A DNA stretch of 64,000 nt. It comes from Thermoplasmata archaeon. GTDB lineage: Archaea > Thermoplasmatota > Thermoplasmata > Lutacidiplasmatales > UBA184. The translations under genes and the position numbers were made by a program. How positions within the stretch are numbered: the first letter of the stretch is position 1; each line of letters opens with the position of its first letter. The notes beneath the pieces are model-generated. The model did not search any database and was not told the origin of the DNA. It saw nothing but the letters and a program-made list of their open reading frames with translations. The stretch spans positions 452,124-516,123 of the forward strand of contig JAKIWV010000001.1 of assembly GCA_022749815.1 (NCBI GenBank), given 5' to 3'. Positions 9,574 to 19,945 of the stretch are shown piece after piece.

Positions 9574-10446
9574 ATGGCGCAGAGCGGAAGCGTCGCTCCT
9601 CCCGTGGAAGCCATGCGGATGGGGATCGGCAAGGGGATGTTGGCCGCGGCAATCGTTCTCTCGGTCGTTGTCTCGCTCGGGGCCGGCATCGTAATCGGCA
9701 AGTACGTCCTTTCCACCACGGCCAGCAAACCCACGCTGACAGTGGGCACGAATCTCCCCTTCCCCCCGTTCGAGAGCTACAACGCGAACACCAGTACATT
9801 CTACGGGTTTGACATCGACTTCGCGAGCATGATCGCGAATGCGACCCACCGCACGCTGCACGTCGTGAACTACAACGACTTCTCGGTCCTCCTTACCACC
9901 GTCGGGGCCGGGGGGATCGACATGGCCGCGTCCGGCATTACCGAATCGGGCCCGGTCGGGGCCGCCCGGAATGCCACGATGTCCTTCTCCATACCCTACT
10001 ATAGCGCGAACCAGGCCGTCCTCGTGAAATCCGGGAGTCCCATCACCTGTGCGATTCCCGCCAGTTGCACGGCCAACGATCTGAAGAGTTACAAGGTCGG
10101 GGTGCAGACCGGGACGACCAGCGACGGATGGGCCACTTCCTATCTGGTTCCGAATGAGACCGCGTCCGGAATGGTCCTGCGCTACACGACCGTCGACACC
10201 GAGGTGGCGGCGGTCACTGCCGGTGCGATCGACGTCGTGATCATCGACACCGGGCCGGCGGCCTCGATTGCCGCAGGGTCGAGTGGTGCTCTCAAGGTGG
10301 CCGGGACCATTGTCACCGACGAGCTCTACGGTTTCGCCGTGGCCCACGGCGATCCACAGGATTTGATCCCCGTCATCAACGGCGTGATTTCCACCTCCAT
10401 AACGGATGGAGAGTACGGGAAGCTGATCCACAAGTGGTTCGGCTAG
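9574..10446 (+). CDS. ABC transporter substrate-binding protein, polar amino-acid (family 3) type, membrane-anchored
   Basis: N-terminal TM anchor, then typical SBP_bac_3 features: TLTVGTNLPFPPFE, KSYKVGVQTGTTSDGWA, IDVVIIDTGPA. Confidence 0.75.
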   Translation: MAQSGSVAPPVEAMRMGIGKGMLAAAIVLSVVVSLGAGIVIGKYVLSTTASKPTLTVGTNLPFPPFESYNANTSTFYGFDIDFASMIANATHRTLHVVNYNDFSVLLTTVGAGGIDMAASGITESGPVGAARNATMSFSIPYYSANQAVLVKSGSPITCAIPASCTANDLKSYKVGVQTGTTSDGWATSYLVPNETASGMVLRYTTVDTEVAAVTAGAIDVVIIDTGPAASIAAGSSGALKVAGTIVTDELYGFAVAHGDPQDLIPVINGVISTSITDGEYGKLIHKWFG

Positions 10447-10575
10447 CCCCGACCCGCCGCTTCGTACGACGGGACCCCTATCGGTTTCATCCTCCGCAAG
10501 CATCCCACGGCGTTCCGGTCCTGAGATGGGACTCCGTCCTCAGGCGGAACCGGGTCGCCTAACAGCGAGGGGGTC

Positions 10576-11517
10576 GTGAGCCGAGCAGCCGATAGCGGTG
10601 GAACGCCCTTGACGGCCCCGGTCAGTTCGGCCGGGCCGGGGGGGCCCGGGGGTCTACCCCCTCCCCGGTGGCGCTCGACGGGCGCAGCGCTGGGCCGGAC
10701 CCTCTACCGTTGGTTCCCCCCGGCCCGGCTGGCTCGGATCTGCGTCGCCCTTGCTGGAATCGACGCGGCCGCCGCCGTCGCGCTCTGGCTCGGAGAGCGA
10801 GGATTCTACAGTCTCCCGTTCGCCGCGACGATACTGCCCCAGCTGTTCAGTGGGTTCGAGGTCAGCGCGGAGGCCATCGCGCTCGTGATTCCTCTCGGGT
10901 TCGGGGTGGGGTTCCTGATTGGCTGGGGGCGCACCTCCCGTTCGGTCCTCCTCCGAGGGTTCGGGGCGATGTATGTGGATTTCTTTCGGAGCATGCCACC
11001 GATCGTCCTCATTTTCTTCGCCTCGCTCATCGGTCTCCTCGGCCTCAACTACCTGACGTCGGACCCGTACCTGGCCCACACAGTCGGGTTGTGGTTCGGC
11101 GCCGTCGCCCTCGGCCTGCACACCGCCGCCTACCAGGCCGAGATCGTTCGTGCGGGAATCCTATCGGTCCCCGCCGGCCAGACCGAGGCGACGGACTCGA
11201 TCGGGCTCTCTCGGACCCAGTCGATGTTTCTCGTGGTCCTTCCTCAGGCGTTCCGGGTCTCGCTGCCGGCCCTCGGGAACGAATTCTCCTCGGTCATCAA
11301 AGACACCTCCCTTCTGAGCCTCATTGGTTGGCTAGAAATCACCGGGAGCGGGTACAACGAGCTCTTCCCGTCCTTGCATTACGGCCTCCAAGGGCCGCTC
11401 ATCCTCTGGATCGAGGTGGCGATTTTCTATTTCATCCTGACCTTCTTGCTCACGAGCGCGGTCCGGTCCCTCGAGAACGTGTCTCGGGTCCCCGGGCTGG
11501 AGGCGGCGCAGTCGTGA
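10576..11517 (+). CDS. polar amino-acid ABC transporter permease
   Basis: EAA-like loop [44 protein letters not shown], typical of the His/Glu/Gln permease family. The stop overlaps the ATPase start. Confidence 0.8.
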   Translation: MSRAADSGGTPLTAPVSSAGPGGPGGLPPPRWRSTGAALGRTLYRWFPPARLARICVALAGIDAAAAVALWLGERGFYSLPFAATILPQLFSGFEVSAEAIALVIPLGFGVGFLIGWGRTSRSVLLRGFGAMYVDFFRSMPPIVLIFFASLIGLLGLNYLTSDPYLAHTVGLWFGAVALGLHTAAYQAEIVRAGILSVPAGQTEATDSIGLSRTQSMFLVVLPQAFRVSLPALGNEFSSVIKDTSLLSLIGWLEITGSGYNELFPSLHYGLQGPLILWIEVAIFYFILTFLLTSAVRSLENVSRVPGLEAAQS

Positions 11518-12245
11518 CCGTTCTCCGGGTCCGGGCGCTGAACAAATCGTTCGGCGACCTGCACGTATTGCACGACGTCGACCTCGACGTCGAGAAGGGC
11601 GAGGTGCTCTGCATCATCGGACCTTCGGGCTCGGGGAAATCCACTCTCTTGCGGTGCACCAACTTGCTCATTCCCCCTGACTCGGGGGAGGTATTCCTGG
11701 ACGGCGTGCGGGTGAACGACCCCGCGGTCCGGCCGGAATGGGTCCGGCAACAGATCGGGACCGTCTTTCAATCGTTCAACCTCTTCACGCACCTGACGGC
11801 GGTCCGCAACGTCATGCTCGGGCTGGTCCACGTCAAGAAGATGGACCGGAAGTCCGCGCGAGTAAAGGCGGTCCTCGAGCTCGAGCGGGTGGGACTGAAG
11901 GACAAGCTCGACGCCTACCCGGCGCAGCTCTCGGGAGGGCAGCAGCAGCGCGTCGCGATCGCCCGCGCGCTCGCGATGGACCCGAAGGTGATGCTGTTCG
12001 ACGAGCCAACCTCCGCACTGGACCCGGAGTTCATCCATGAGGTCTTGGACGCGATGGGCCAGCTCGCCCGCGACGGCATGACGATGGTCGTGGTCAGTCA
12101 CGAGATGGGATTCGCCCGGGAGGCGGCTCACGCGATCGCGTTCATGGACCACGGCCGGATTCTCGAACAGGGAACGCCCGAGGAGATCTTCGACCGACCC
12201 GGCCATGAGCGGACCAAGGCCTTCGTCGGAAAGATCCTGAGGTGA
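11514..12245 (+). CDS. ABC transporter ATP-binding protein (polar amino-acid type)
   Basis: GTG start overlapping the permease stop. Walker [11 protein letters not shown]-loop, signature [15 protein letters not shown], Walker [13 protein letters not shown]-loop. The 525-aa track ORF is a read-through across the permease in another frame. Confidence 0.9.
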   Translation: MTVLRVRALNKSFGDLHVLHDVDLDVEKGEVLCIIGPSGSGKSTLLRCTNLLIPPDSGEVFLDGVRVNDPAVRPEWVRQQIGTVFQSFNLFTHLTAVRNVMLGLVHVKKMDRKSARVKAVLELERVGLKDKLDAYPAQLSGGQQQRVAIARALAMDPKVMLFDEPTSALDPEFIHEVLDAMGQLARDGMTMVVVSHEMGFAREAAHAIAFMDHGRILEQGTPEEIFDRPGHERTKAFVGKILR

Positions 12246-13228
12246 CCGCGACCGTGCAACCGCCCCTCCCGGACGATCTCGACAGGTCCGTTCCACCGGC
12301 CCCGCCGGACGGCCCGCGAGCTCCGGGCCGGATTCGGACGGCCTTCGAAGGTCCGGGAAGGCCCTGGATCCTCGGGGCAGCGACCTTGGCGGGGGGTGCG
12401 GCGGCGTTCTTCCTCATGGGAGCCATTGGGCTGTTCAATATCCCGTTCATCCTTCGAGAACTTCCTCAGGGCCTGGGGCCTGCAGAAACCTCGTTGGGGC
12501 TGACTATGCTTGCGTTCGCTTTCGGGTTCTTTCTGGCGCAACCTCTCGCGATAGTGCGCGCGTTCGGACCGGCCCGGTGGTCCCGGACGGTGACCGCCAC
12601 TTCCCCCCTGGGTCTCAAAGGCCGCGCGGCGAACGTCCTCGTTCGAGCGGCCTATGGGGTCGCTACGGGGTATGTCGCGATCATCCGAGGCACTCCGGCT
12701 CTGGTGCAGATCCTTCTGGTGTACTACGTTTTTCTGTTCACCGAGCCGACGCTCGTGCTGTTCGGGGAGTCGTCCGCCTTCTGGGCCGGGTTGGTCGCTC
12801 TCACGATCAACACGACCGGCTACCAGGCCGAGGCGCTGCGCGGCGGATTCCAATCCGTGGACCGAACCCAGGTCGATGCCGGCCGGTCCCTCGGCATGTC
12901 CACCGTCCAGATCTTCGGACGCGTCACCCTTCCCCAAGGGTTGCGCCTGGTCACGCTGCCCCTCGCGAACGAATGGATCAGCACGTTCAAGACGAGCACG
13001 CTCCTGAGCTACATCACCATCCTCGAGCTGTTCGGGTGGGCTCGGTCGTCGGTCGCGTACTACTTGGGGCGGCCGCTGGAAGCGTTCGTCATCCTCACGA
13101 TTTTCTACCTTGCCATCAACATCACGGTGAGCCGGTCCATCACATACATCGAGAAACGTCGCCGGATCCCGGGACTCGGCTCCCTCGCGCCCGAACTGCC
13201 ACTCCGTCCCGCTCGGAGGGCCGCCTAG
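12242..13228 (+). CDS. polar amino-acid ABC transporter permease (second subunit)
   Basis: GTG start overlapping the ATPase stop. EAA-like region [47 protein letters not shown]. Confidence 0.8.
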   Translation: MTATVQPPLPDDLDRSVPPAPPDGPRAPGRIRTAFEGPGRPWILGAATLAGGAAAFFLMGAIGLFNIPFILRELPQGLGPAETSLGLTMLAFAFGFFLAQPLAIVRAFGPARWSRTVTATSPLGLKGRAANVLVRAAYGVATGYVAIIRGTPALVQILLVYYVFLFTEPTLVLFGESSAFWAGLVALTINTTGYQAEALRGGFQSVDRTQVDAGRSLGMSTVQIFGRVTLPQGLRLVTLPLANEWISTFKTSTLLSYITILELFGWARSSVAYYLGRPLEAFVILTIFYLAINITVSRSITYIEKRRRIPGLGSLAPELPLRPARRAA

Positions 13229-13456
13229 GGCCGGCCCCCGCCCTTACCGGCTCTGGCGGAGACCTCCGGAGGGGTCTACGGAAGGCGCCCGGAGTCGCAG
13301 AGGGGTAGGGACCCACCGGGCAGCTCCCCCGAGATCGATGCTCGATTCCCCCACGAGCTCCCCCCGGTCCGTGCTACTCAGTGGGGTGGCTAGCCCGACG
13401 GTCGGTATCCTTTCGTGCCCAACTCCCTTCAAGTAAGCCGGCGTGCTAGCCCGCCC

Positions 13457-13891
13457 ATGGTACATATCGAGGATTTGGGAAGCCACTTCGACGCGCCGCT
13501 CGAAACCGTCTGGAAGTTCATCGACTCGCCGGTGGATCACGGCGAATCCCATGCGAATCGACGTAATCTTCGCGCCGAGCCCGATGGCGAGAATCGGATG
13601 AAGACCTCTTGGGAGCAGAACGTTCAGGGAAACTGGGTCAAAGTGTCGAACCGCGTGACCATGTTCCCTCCCGTGGCGATGCTCATCCAGTCGATGGAGG
13701 GACCCCTCGCGGGATCAAAGTTCATGTTCTACTACACCCCGAAGGGAGAGAAGACCGGTATCAACGTCATCGGGGACTTCCATTCCAAGATGGTCCCACC
13801 GGCCGAGCTGGAGAAGGTCGTGCTGGGCAACCTCGAGACCGCGTTCAACGAGGACTCGGCCGCCATCCGTAAGATGGCGGCGAAAAAATAA
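13457..13891 (+). CDS. SRPBCC (START/Bet v1/polyketide-cyclase-like) family protein
   Basis: About 145 aa, with helix-grip fold-like composition. Start at MVHIEDLG. Confidence 0.5.
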   Translation: MVHIEDLGSHFDAPLETVWKFIDSPVDHGESHANRRNLRAEPDGENRMKTSWEQNVQGNWVKVSNRVTMFPPVAMLIQSMEGPLAGSKFMFYYTPKGEKTGINVIGDFHSKMVPPAELEKVVLGNLETAFNEDSAAIRKMAAKK

Positions 13892-13996
13892 GCGACCCTC
13901 CGAGGGTGGGGCCACCGGGCCGGGACGGCACTCCCGGGCCGAATCTGGGCCCACGGTTCCCGTGTTGGCCGCTCGCGTTTGACGTCGGAAGCGCGG

Positions 13997-14491
13997 TTAG
14001 GGCGCGTCGCGCCGAAGGATCAACTCCGAAATCATCTTGCCGCGTGCGGGCGCGAAACCTCTCGCCCGGCCGACCACCGTAAACCCGCACTTCTCCAACA
14101 GCCGGACGGAGGCAAAGTCGTCCCTCGCTCCGCGGAAAAAGAGAGGGCGGACGTGGACCAACCGGAGAAACTTCTGTAGTGCCCTGGGAGCCACCCCCCT
14201 ACCCCAGACCCCGCGGTCGAACCAATAGGCAACGGAGGATTTCCCGAAGAGTTCGAAGAATACCACATTCCACAACACGCGACCGTGGACAAGAACGGTC
14301 CTCCAGACGATGTTCGGGTCCCGGAAGACCTTGGTCCAATGCGCCACGACTGCCGCCCGGTCCGTCGGGTCTTTGGCGGTGATGGCCGCCAGGCGATTAC
14401 CCACGGGGTCCAGTTGATGCTCGAAGAACGTCGGAAGGTCGGAAGCCTTCACCTTCCGGAGCCGGATCTTGTCAGAGACCCTACCAGCCAC
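13997..14491 (-). CDS. GNAT family N-acetyltransferase
   Basis: C-terminal 165 aa of the 360-aa track ORF. AcCoA-binding region FFRGARDDFASVRLLEKCGF is GNAT-like. The upstream 195 codons of that ORF are a low-complexity read-through. Start placed at an in-frame GTG (VAGRVSDKIRLRKV...) and is uncertain. Confidence 0.55.
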   Translation of the reverse strand: MAGRVSDKIRLRKVKASDLPTFFEHQLDPVGNRLAAITAKDPTDRAAVVAHWTKVFRDPNIVWRTVLVHGRVLWNVVFFELFGKSSVAYWFDRGVWGRGVAPRALQKFLRLVHVRPLFFRGARDDFASVRLLEKCGFTVVGRARGFAPARGKMISELILRRDAP

Positions 14492-14720
14492 AGGTTTCCG
14501 TTTCCTGACTCGGGGCCCATTCAACGCAGTCTCCGTCTCGCATGCGACCGTGGAGCTCCGGAGGATCCACAGATGGCTCGGGGGATTCCCGTCCGCCGAG
14601 GCATCCGAACGGATGCGGGAAAGGGACATCCCATACAATCTCCGAGCCCTGCCCAGTAGGGGGGTGCAAGAAAGCCCGCCCGTCATTCGACGGTGGTGAC
14701 CGGGCAGTTCGCGCCGGCAG

Positions 14721-14728
14721 GATATATG
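14721..14728 (+). promoter_or_regulatory. candidate archaeal TATA box for the VOC gene
   Basis: GATATATG sits about 26-32 nt upstream of ATG 14753, which fits leaderless transcription. Confidence 0.35.
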
Positions 14729-14752
14729 CGTGCGCGTCGCATGGTTCCTGTC

Positions 14753-15148
14753 ATGCCGAAGGTCAAAGTCGAATTCGTCTACAGCGGTCTCAGGGTTCGC
14801 GACCTCCCGCGATCCCTGCGATTCTACCGGAAGATCGGTTTCCGGATCCACAATCGGGGTACGATGGGGCATGGCGGGCGCTGGGTTCACCTCATTTTCC
14901 CCGGCGCCGTGCAACGCGTGGAACTCAACTACTACCCACAATCGACCCGCTACTACGAACCCTTTCGGAAAGGAACGGAGTTCGACCATCTCGGGTTCCG
15001 CGTATCCGATGTAGAAGCGTGGGAGAGCGACCTTCGCCGCCGGAAGCTCCCGATCGTAGCCCGAATCCGGGAAAAACATGAAAACATAGTCTACACCCGC
15101 GACCCTGACGGCAACTGGCTCGAGTTCTTCGGTCCGGTTCCGGAATGA
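14753..15148 (+). CDS. VOC family protein (glyoxalase/bleomycin-resistance/dioxygenase fold)
   Basis: KVEFVYSGLRVRDLPRSLRFYRKIGF...FDHLGFRVSDVEAWESDL...DPDGNWLEF. TATA-like GATATAT lies 26-32 nt upstream of the ATG. Confidence 0.75.
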   Translation: MPKVKVEFVYSGLRVRDLPRSLRFYRKIGFRIHNRGTMGHGGRWVHLIFPGAVQRVELNYYPQSTRYYEPFRKGTEFDHLGFRVSDVEAWESDLRRRKLPIVARIREKHENIVYTRDPDGNWLEFFGPVPE

Positions 15149-15424
15149 ACGTCCCTCTGATTTTCATCCCCCCTCCTCACCTCTCACGAAGGGCATGGAG
15201 GGTGAGGGCGAAACCACCTGGGGTTCTACCCCAACTCGACCCAGCAGCGGCAACTTCGGCCGAGAGGAGTTCGCCGCACAGTCCGGTCAGGAGGCCGCCG
15301 CACGTCGCCTGTGTCCCCCGGCCCTCTTGAAGGAGCCACGACTCGGCGGGTCCGACCCGCCGCCTGCGGCTGCCTAAGTACCCGCCGCTCCCACCGGGAA
15401 TCGCCCTTTCACACACCCCGGTCG

Positions 15425-16453
15425 TTAGGAAATGGTTCGAACGGTCGGCTTCGGGGTCTCTGATCCCGCGGTGACGTGGCTGTCCTGTTCCACGTTGATG
15501 ACCACCTTTCCTCGAGCGTGTCCTTCGATGAGATACCTCAGAGCGTCCGGAACCTGATTCAATGGGTAGCGCCTGTCGATCACCGGAATTAATATCCCGG
15601 TATCCAGGAGCTCCTTGAGGACAACCAGGTCTCCTTTGTTGACTTTCGCGACGAAGAACTTCGTCCTGGGCCCCACGATTCGCGCTCCGAGTGTGGTCTT
15701 GATCAACCGGAGGAGGAGTCGGGAGACCGTACCTGGCCCTGCCCCGACAATCAACAGCAGTCCGTGAGGATCGAGGACCCCCCGGTACGCCGCCAGCGAG
15801 TGGTTCAGTTGGGTATCGAAGATGACGTCGTAGCGCTGGCCGCTCTTGGTGAAGTCCTCCCGGGAGTAATCGAAAATTCGATCGACTCCGAGGGACCTGA
15901 CCAACTCCACGTTCCGGGGGCTGCAGACACAGCTAACCTCTGAGCCAAGGGACTTGGCGATCTGCACGGCGAAGGTACCGACCCCACCCGACGCACCATT
16001 GATCAGAACCCGATGGCCCGGCCGTACCTGGGCCTTATCGCGGAGGCCTTGAAGGGCCGTGGTGGCTGCGATGGGTACGGCTGCGGCCTGTTCAAAGGTC
16101 AGCCGGGTCGGTTTCAGCGCCACTTCGGTTTCGTCGGCGATAGCGTACTCACCAAATGCGCCACGGCCCACGCCGAAGACCTCGTCCCCCACACGAAGCT
16201 CCTTCACGCCCGTACCGACCACCTCCACACGGCCGGCCAAATCGAGTCCGGGACGTCCCACCTTCGGTCGGAGGAAGCCCTGCCGTCTCCGGAAGATGAG
16301 CGGTGGGTTCAGCTGGTGTCGGTCGGCAGGGTTTACCGAGGCCCCGTAGACGCGGACCAACACTTCGTGATCGTCCCTGAAGGCGGGGAACGGGACATCT
16401 CGGAGTGTCAGACCCTCCGGGGGACCGTAACGATCGAGGATCCACGCCTTCAT
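15425..16453 (-). CDS. NADPH:quinone oxidoreductase / zinc-binding alcohol dehydrogenase family (MDR) protein
   Basis: MKAWILDRYGPPEGL..., then GASVNPAD, cofactor motif LINGASGGVGTFAVQIAK. Trimmed from the 415-aa track ORF to the Met of MKAWIL (complement of 16451-16453). Confidence 0.8.
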   Translation of the reverse strand: MKAWILDRYGPPEGLTLRDVPFPAFRDDHEVLVRVYGASVNPADRHQLNPPLIFRRRQGFLRPKVGRPGLDLAGRVEVVGTGVKELRVGDEVFGVGRGAFGEYAIADETEVALKPTRLTFEQAAAVPIAATTALQGLRDKAQVRPGHRVLINGASGGVGTFAVQIAKSLGSEVSCVCSPRNVELVRSLGVDRIFDYSREDFTKSGQRYDVIFDTQLNHSLAAYRGVLDPHGLLLIVGAGPGTVSRLLLRLIKTTLGARIVGPRTKFFVAKVNKGDLVVLKELLDTGILIPVIDRRYPLNQVPDALRYLIEGHARGKVVINVEQDSHVTAGSETPKPTVRTIS

Positions 16454-16878
16454 CGTACGGAGTGGAGCGGCGGTGGAAGTTGACACGTCCTTCCTCATCC
16501 CGGGATCCGGCGAGAAGTATTCGAGGTTTCGGAGGCCGGAACTACCGAATAGTTCAAATCCCCCCCAGCACGGCCAGAGGGTGATTTGGGCTCCCCCGCG
16601 GGGAGTCCCCCCATAAGTCAATCCCGTCGATACCCATCGATTCGAATAGTCGACACCAAGAATTCTTGTCACAGGGGGCGCCCTTTTCCGGCGGGAAAGT
16701 CGGATGCGCCCGGGAGACGAACCCGCTCAACCCCCGGTGAAAGGCGGAATAGTTCGGCGACCGGTCGAGATGACGGCTTAGTGGGGCCCTCGACCGCATG
16801 TCTCTTGACTTCCGCTGGGGTCAGTCCCGGAGAAGAGGCGGTTCAAGATTGACAGACTCTCACAGACTTGCCGCCCCG

Positions 16879-17442
16879 ATGACCGACGATCAGATTCGGC
16901 AAGCTACGATCGGTGAACCCGCGCACCTCGACGGCCCAGTCCTACTCGTGGAATACGACCCGATGTGGCCCCAACAGTTCGCACGCGAGACCGAACGGAT
17001 CCAGGCGGCTCTGGACGCCCGAGCGATTCGGGTCGAACACGTCGGCTCCACCGCAGTACCCGGGCTCGTGGCCAAGCCGATCATCGACATCCTGCTCGTC
17101 GTCGCTAACTCCGCCGACGAGTCCTCGTATGTCCCGGCCCTCGAAGCGGCCGGCTATGTTCTCCGACATCGGGAGCCTGGCTGGCACGAACATCGCATGT
17201 TCAAAGGACCCGACATCGACGTCAATCTGCACGTCTTTTCGTCGGGGTCAAGCGAGATCGGGAGGATGCTAAACATGAGGGACCGACTGCGCGCAAGTCG
17301 GGCTGCCCGTGACCTGTACGCTCAGACCAAGCGGAATCTCGCGAGACGGACCTGGAAGTACCAGCAGAATTACGCGGACGCGAAGGCCGAAGTCATCGAG
17401 GCAATCCTTTCAGGGGCGAACCGTTCGTCCACCACGACGTAA
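16879..17442 (+). CDS. GrpB family protein (nucleotidyltransferase fold, UPF0157)
   Basis: HVGSTAVPGLVAKPIIDILLVV...NLHVFSSGSSE...MLNMRDRLR is a classic GrpB pattern. Confidence 0.7.
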   Translation: MTDDQIRQATIGEPAHLDGPVLLVEYDPMWPQQFARETERIQAALDARAIRVEHVGSTAVPGLVAKPIIDILLVVANSADESSYVPALEAAGYVLRHREPGWHEHRMFKGPDIDVNLHVFSSGSSEIGRMLNMRDRLRASRAARDLYAQTKRNLARRTWKYQQNYADAKAEVIEAILSGANRSSTTT

Positions 17443-17562
17443 GGGACACCGCGCTCCGGGCTCCATCCCGGTTCGCCGGCTCAGCATTCGTAAGACCCAA
17501 CCTTTGCCAAACCACTCATTTCCGGAGGGGGGTTTCACTTTCCCCAGGAGCTCAAATCCATC

Positions 17563-17601
17563 TTGTCGGAGGGGGACATTACTGAATTCTTCATATCCCC
17601 C
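17563..17601 (+). repeat. 39-bp direct repeat, copy A (tRNA-Met 3'-end-like core TTGTCGGAGGGGGA plus CTTACTGAATTCTTCATATCCCC)
   Basis: 38/39 identical to 19991-20029. Begins with the same 13-14 nt as the 3' end of tRNA-Met at 24157-24170, in the same orientation. Confidence 0.7.
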
Positions 17602-17729
17602 ACATGGCGGCTGCGGGGCGATTTATCCGTCAGAGCGGGTCCATCCCTACGTAATCCCTTCGTCAAAAATTGGTTCGAGCAGTCAACGGTGGGGCTCCCG
17701 GTCACAAAGCGTGCCCGTTTCGAACTCCC

Positions 17730-19649
17730 TTACCTGACGCGCGCCTGCCTCCGACCGAGTAGCAGCCCGAGGACCGCTCCTGTCACTCCGACGGCCGCGA
17801 GGCCTCCCAGAAGGAAGTAGCCCTCGGCTCCGGGGAGTCCGAGGAGCCCCGGGCTTGGGGAAAGAGGGACACGAGAGAACATGACCGACGGAGTTACGTC
17901 GAATCCCTTCACGGTCACCGACCCGGATATGGGGGCGACGGCATAGCCACTCACCGATCCGATCGTGTACACATACGTCCCGTTGGGCTCCGCGAGCGTG
18001 ATGGTGTAGGAAGTCGAATTCTGCGGCGCCCCGTTCACTGTCACCGACCAACTGGTCCCCGACGGGAGGCCCGTCTCTGTGAAAGTCACGATGTACGTCG
18101 CCGGGGTCCATGCGACCGCGACCCCGGCCGGGCCGCCTTGCACCAGGACGCTTCCGCGGTACATCGCTGCGGTCGAGCCGGCAAGCGGGGCGATGGTAAA
18201 CGTATACGTCCCGTTGGGCTCTTGGAACTTGATCATCGTCGCGGCGGAACCTCCCGTCATCCCGTGCAGCGTCACCAACCAGATGGTTCCCGACGGCAGG
18301 CCGGTCTCCGTGAAGGTTACCGGATACTTCGGCGCCACTTTCCAGCCGGACGCCATCAACCCGTTTCCGTCGATTCCCGTCACGTTACTCGAACCGAAGT
18401 TCGCCACATACAGATACCCGTTCGAGGGGTCAAACGCGATTCCAATGGGGCCGTTCCCCACTCCGAGGCTCGGACCCACCACCCTATCCGGCGCCCCGTC
18501 GATCGCCACCACATTCTGCGAATTTACGTTCGTCACGTACAGATACCCGTTCGACGGGTCATACGCGATCTCATCGGGACCGGTCCCCACCCCGATGCTC
18601 GGTACCACCACCTGGTTCGTTGCCCCATCGATCACCGTCACGTTGTTCGAACCGGCGTTCGCCACATACAGGTCCCCGTTCGAGGGGTCATACGCGATCC
18701 CATTGGGGCCGGACCCCGCGCCGATGCTCGGCACCACCACTTGGTTCGTCGCCCCATCGATCACCGTCACGTTGCTCGAACCGGCGTTGGCCACATAGAG
18801 AAACCCATTTGACTGATCATATTCGATTCCATAGGGGGCGGACCCGACTCCCAAGCTCCGCACCACCACCTGGTTCGTCGCCCCATTGATCACCGTCATG
18901 TTGTTCGAAACGGAGTTCGTGACATACAAGTTCCCGTTCGACGCATCATACACGATCCCAAAGGGGGCGGTGCCCACGCCGATGCTCGGCACCACTACCT
19001 GGTTCGTCGCCCCATCGATTACCGTCACGTCGTTCGAACCGGCGTTCGCGACATACACGTCCCCGTTCGACGCATCATACGCGATCTCACGGGGACTGTT
19101 CCCCACCCCGACGCTCGGCACCACCACCTGATTCGTGGCCCCATCGATCACCGTCACGCTGTTCGAACCGGCGTTCGCCACATACAGGTCCCCGTTCGAG
19201 CGGTCATACACGATCCCGTAGGGGGCGAATCCCACGCCGATGCTCGGTACCACGACCGTGTTCGGGGCTCCCGCCACATGCACCGTCCCTGTCGCCGCTG
19301 GCTGCACCAACTGCCAGTCGGAGGGGCCGGTGATGGTGTACGCATACGTTCCGTTCGGCTCCGAAAACACGATCGACGACGGCGCGACCCCACTCTGCGT
19401 CTGCCCGTTCAGCGTCGCATTCCACAGCGATCCTGACGGAAGGCCGACCTCGGTGAAAATCTCGGGATACAGCGATGCTGCTCTGGGCGATCCCGGGGCG
19501 GCCATACCGCTCGGCGCATGGATGAAGGTGCCCGCTGAGGTCCTCACGGGTAAGCCCCCGGCGGTCGACGAAAGAATCAATGCCCCGATGGCTATCGTCA
19601 GACCGACGAGGCTCGCGGGACTCCGCGGCATTCCCATCGGAAAGACCAC
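17730..19649 (-). CDS. cell-surface protein with about 8 YVTN/NHL-type beta-propeller repeats, N-terminal signal peptide and C-terminal TM anchor
   Basis: 639 aa. The repeats GATNQVVVPSIGVG.GP.GIAYD.SNG.LYVANAGSNNVTVID repeat 8 times. Ig-like flanks. C-terminal GYFLLGGLAAVGVTGAVLGLLLG then RRQARVR resembles an archaeal PGF-CTERM-type tail. Confidence 0.8.
   Translation of the reverse strand: MVFPMGMPRSPASLVGLTIAIGALILSSTAGGLPVRTSAGTFIHAPSGMAAPGSPRAASLYPEIFTEVGLPSGSLWNATLNGQTQSGVAPSSIVFSEPNGTYAYTITGPSDWQLVQPAATGTVHVAGAPNTVVVPSIGVGFAPYGIVYDRSNGDLYVANAGSNSVTVIDGATNQVVVPSVGVGNSPREIAYDASNGDVYVANAGSNDVTVIDGATNQVVVPSIGVGTAPFGIVYDASNGNLYVTNSVSNNMTVINGATNQVVVRSLGVGSAPYGIEYDQSNGFLYVANAGSSNVTVIDGATNQVVVPSIGAGSGPNGIAYDPSNGDLYVANAGSNNVTVIDGATNQVVVPSIGVGTGPDEIAYDPSNGYLYVTNVNSQNVVAIDGAPDRVVGPSLGVGNGPIGIAFDPSNGYLYVANFGSSNVTGIDGNGLMASGWKVAPKYPVTFTETGLPSGTIWLVTLHGMTGGSAATMIKFQEPNGTYTFTIAPLAGSTAAMYRGSVLVQGGPAGVAVAWTPATYIVTFTETGLPSGTSWSVTVNGAPQNSTSYTITLAEPNGTYVYTIGSVSGYAVAPISGSVTVKGFDVTPSVMFSRVPLSPSPGLLGLPGAEGYFLLGGLAAVGVTGAVLGLLLGRRQARVR
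18230..19270. repeat. tandem array of about 126-bp repeats (about 85% identical) encoding the 42-aa propeller blades
   Basis: For example, 18601-18730 and 18731-18857 align nearly base for base (ggyaccaccacytggttcgtygccccatcgatcaccgtcacgttg...). Confidence 0.75.
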
Positions 19650-19945
19650 GCCGGCTTCCCCTATGTGCTTGCCTCTTCTCCGACATGAGTGCAGTTCCCT
19701 TTACACCAGCCCACTCGCATGGCGCTTCGTAATAGACCCCGTCTATCGGCGCGACGAGACCCCATGTGACCAATTGAACGGGTGGCTCCCCCCAAGGGCG
19801 GTGTCCTCGTAGGGTGAATGAAATTCAAACTCCTCGGAAAGCGCCTCCGATGACTGACCAAATTGTTCCCTCTGTTGGAGAGCGACCCCACAGAGGGCCC
19901 ACCCGCTTCCTAAGGGCGTTATGATGGGTTCGAATCCCAAACCCT

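Noticed and set aside
9511-10503. 330-aa minus-strand ORF
   Set aside because: Antisense to the ABC substrate-binding protein gene, and Gly/Arg/Asp-rich with no domain signature.
10668-11513. 5' portion of the 525-aa plus-strand ORF
   Set aside because: This is a frame-shifted read-through across the permease gene. The ABC ATPase begins at the GTG at 11514.
11427-12296. 289-aa minus-strand ORF
   Set aside because: Antisense to the ABC ATPase, with no motifs.
14492-15079. Upstream 195 codons of the 360-aa minus ORF, and the overlapping plus ORFs at 14285-14659 and 14542-15081
   Set aside because: These overlap the clearly real VOC gene (14753-15148) or lie in the divergent promoter region, and are low-complexity. 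Only the GNAT domain (13997-14491) was kept.
16454-16672. N-terminal 73 codons of the track ORF 15425-16672
   Set aside because: The MDR oxidoreductase fold begins at MKAWIL. The extension has no similarity and extends into the intergenic promoter region.
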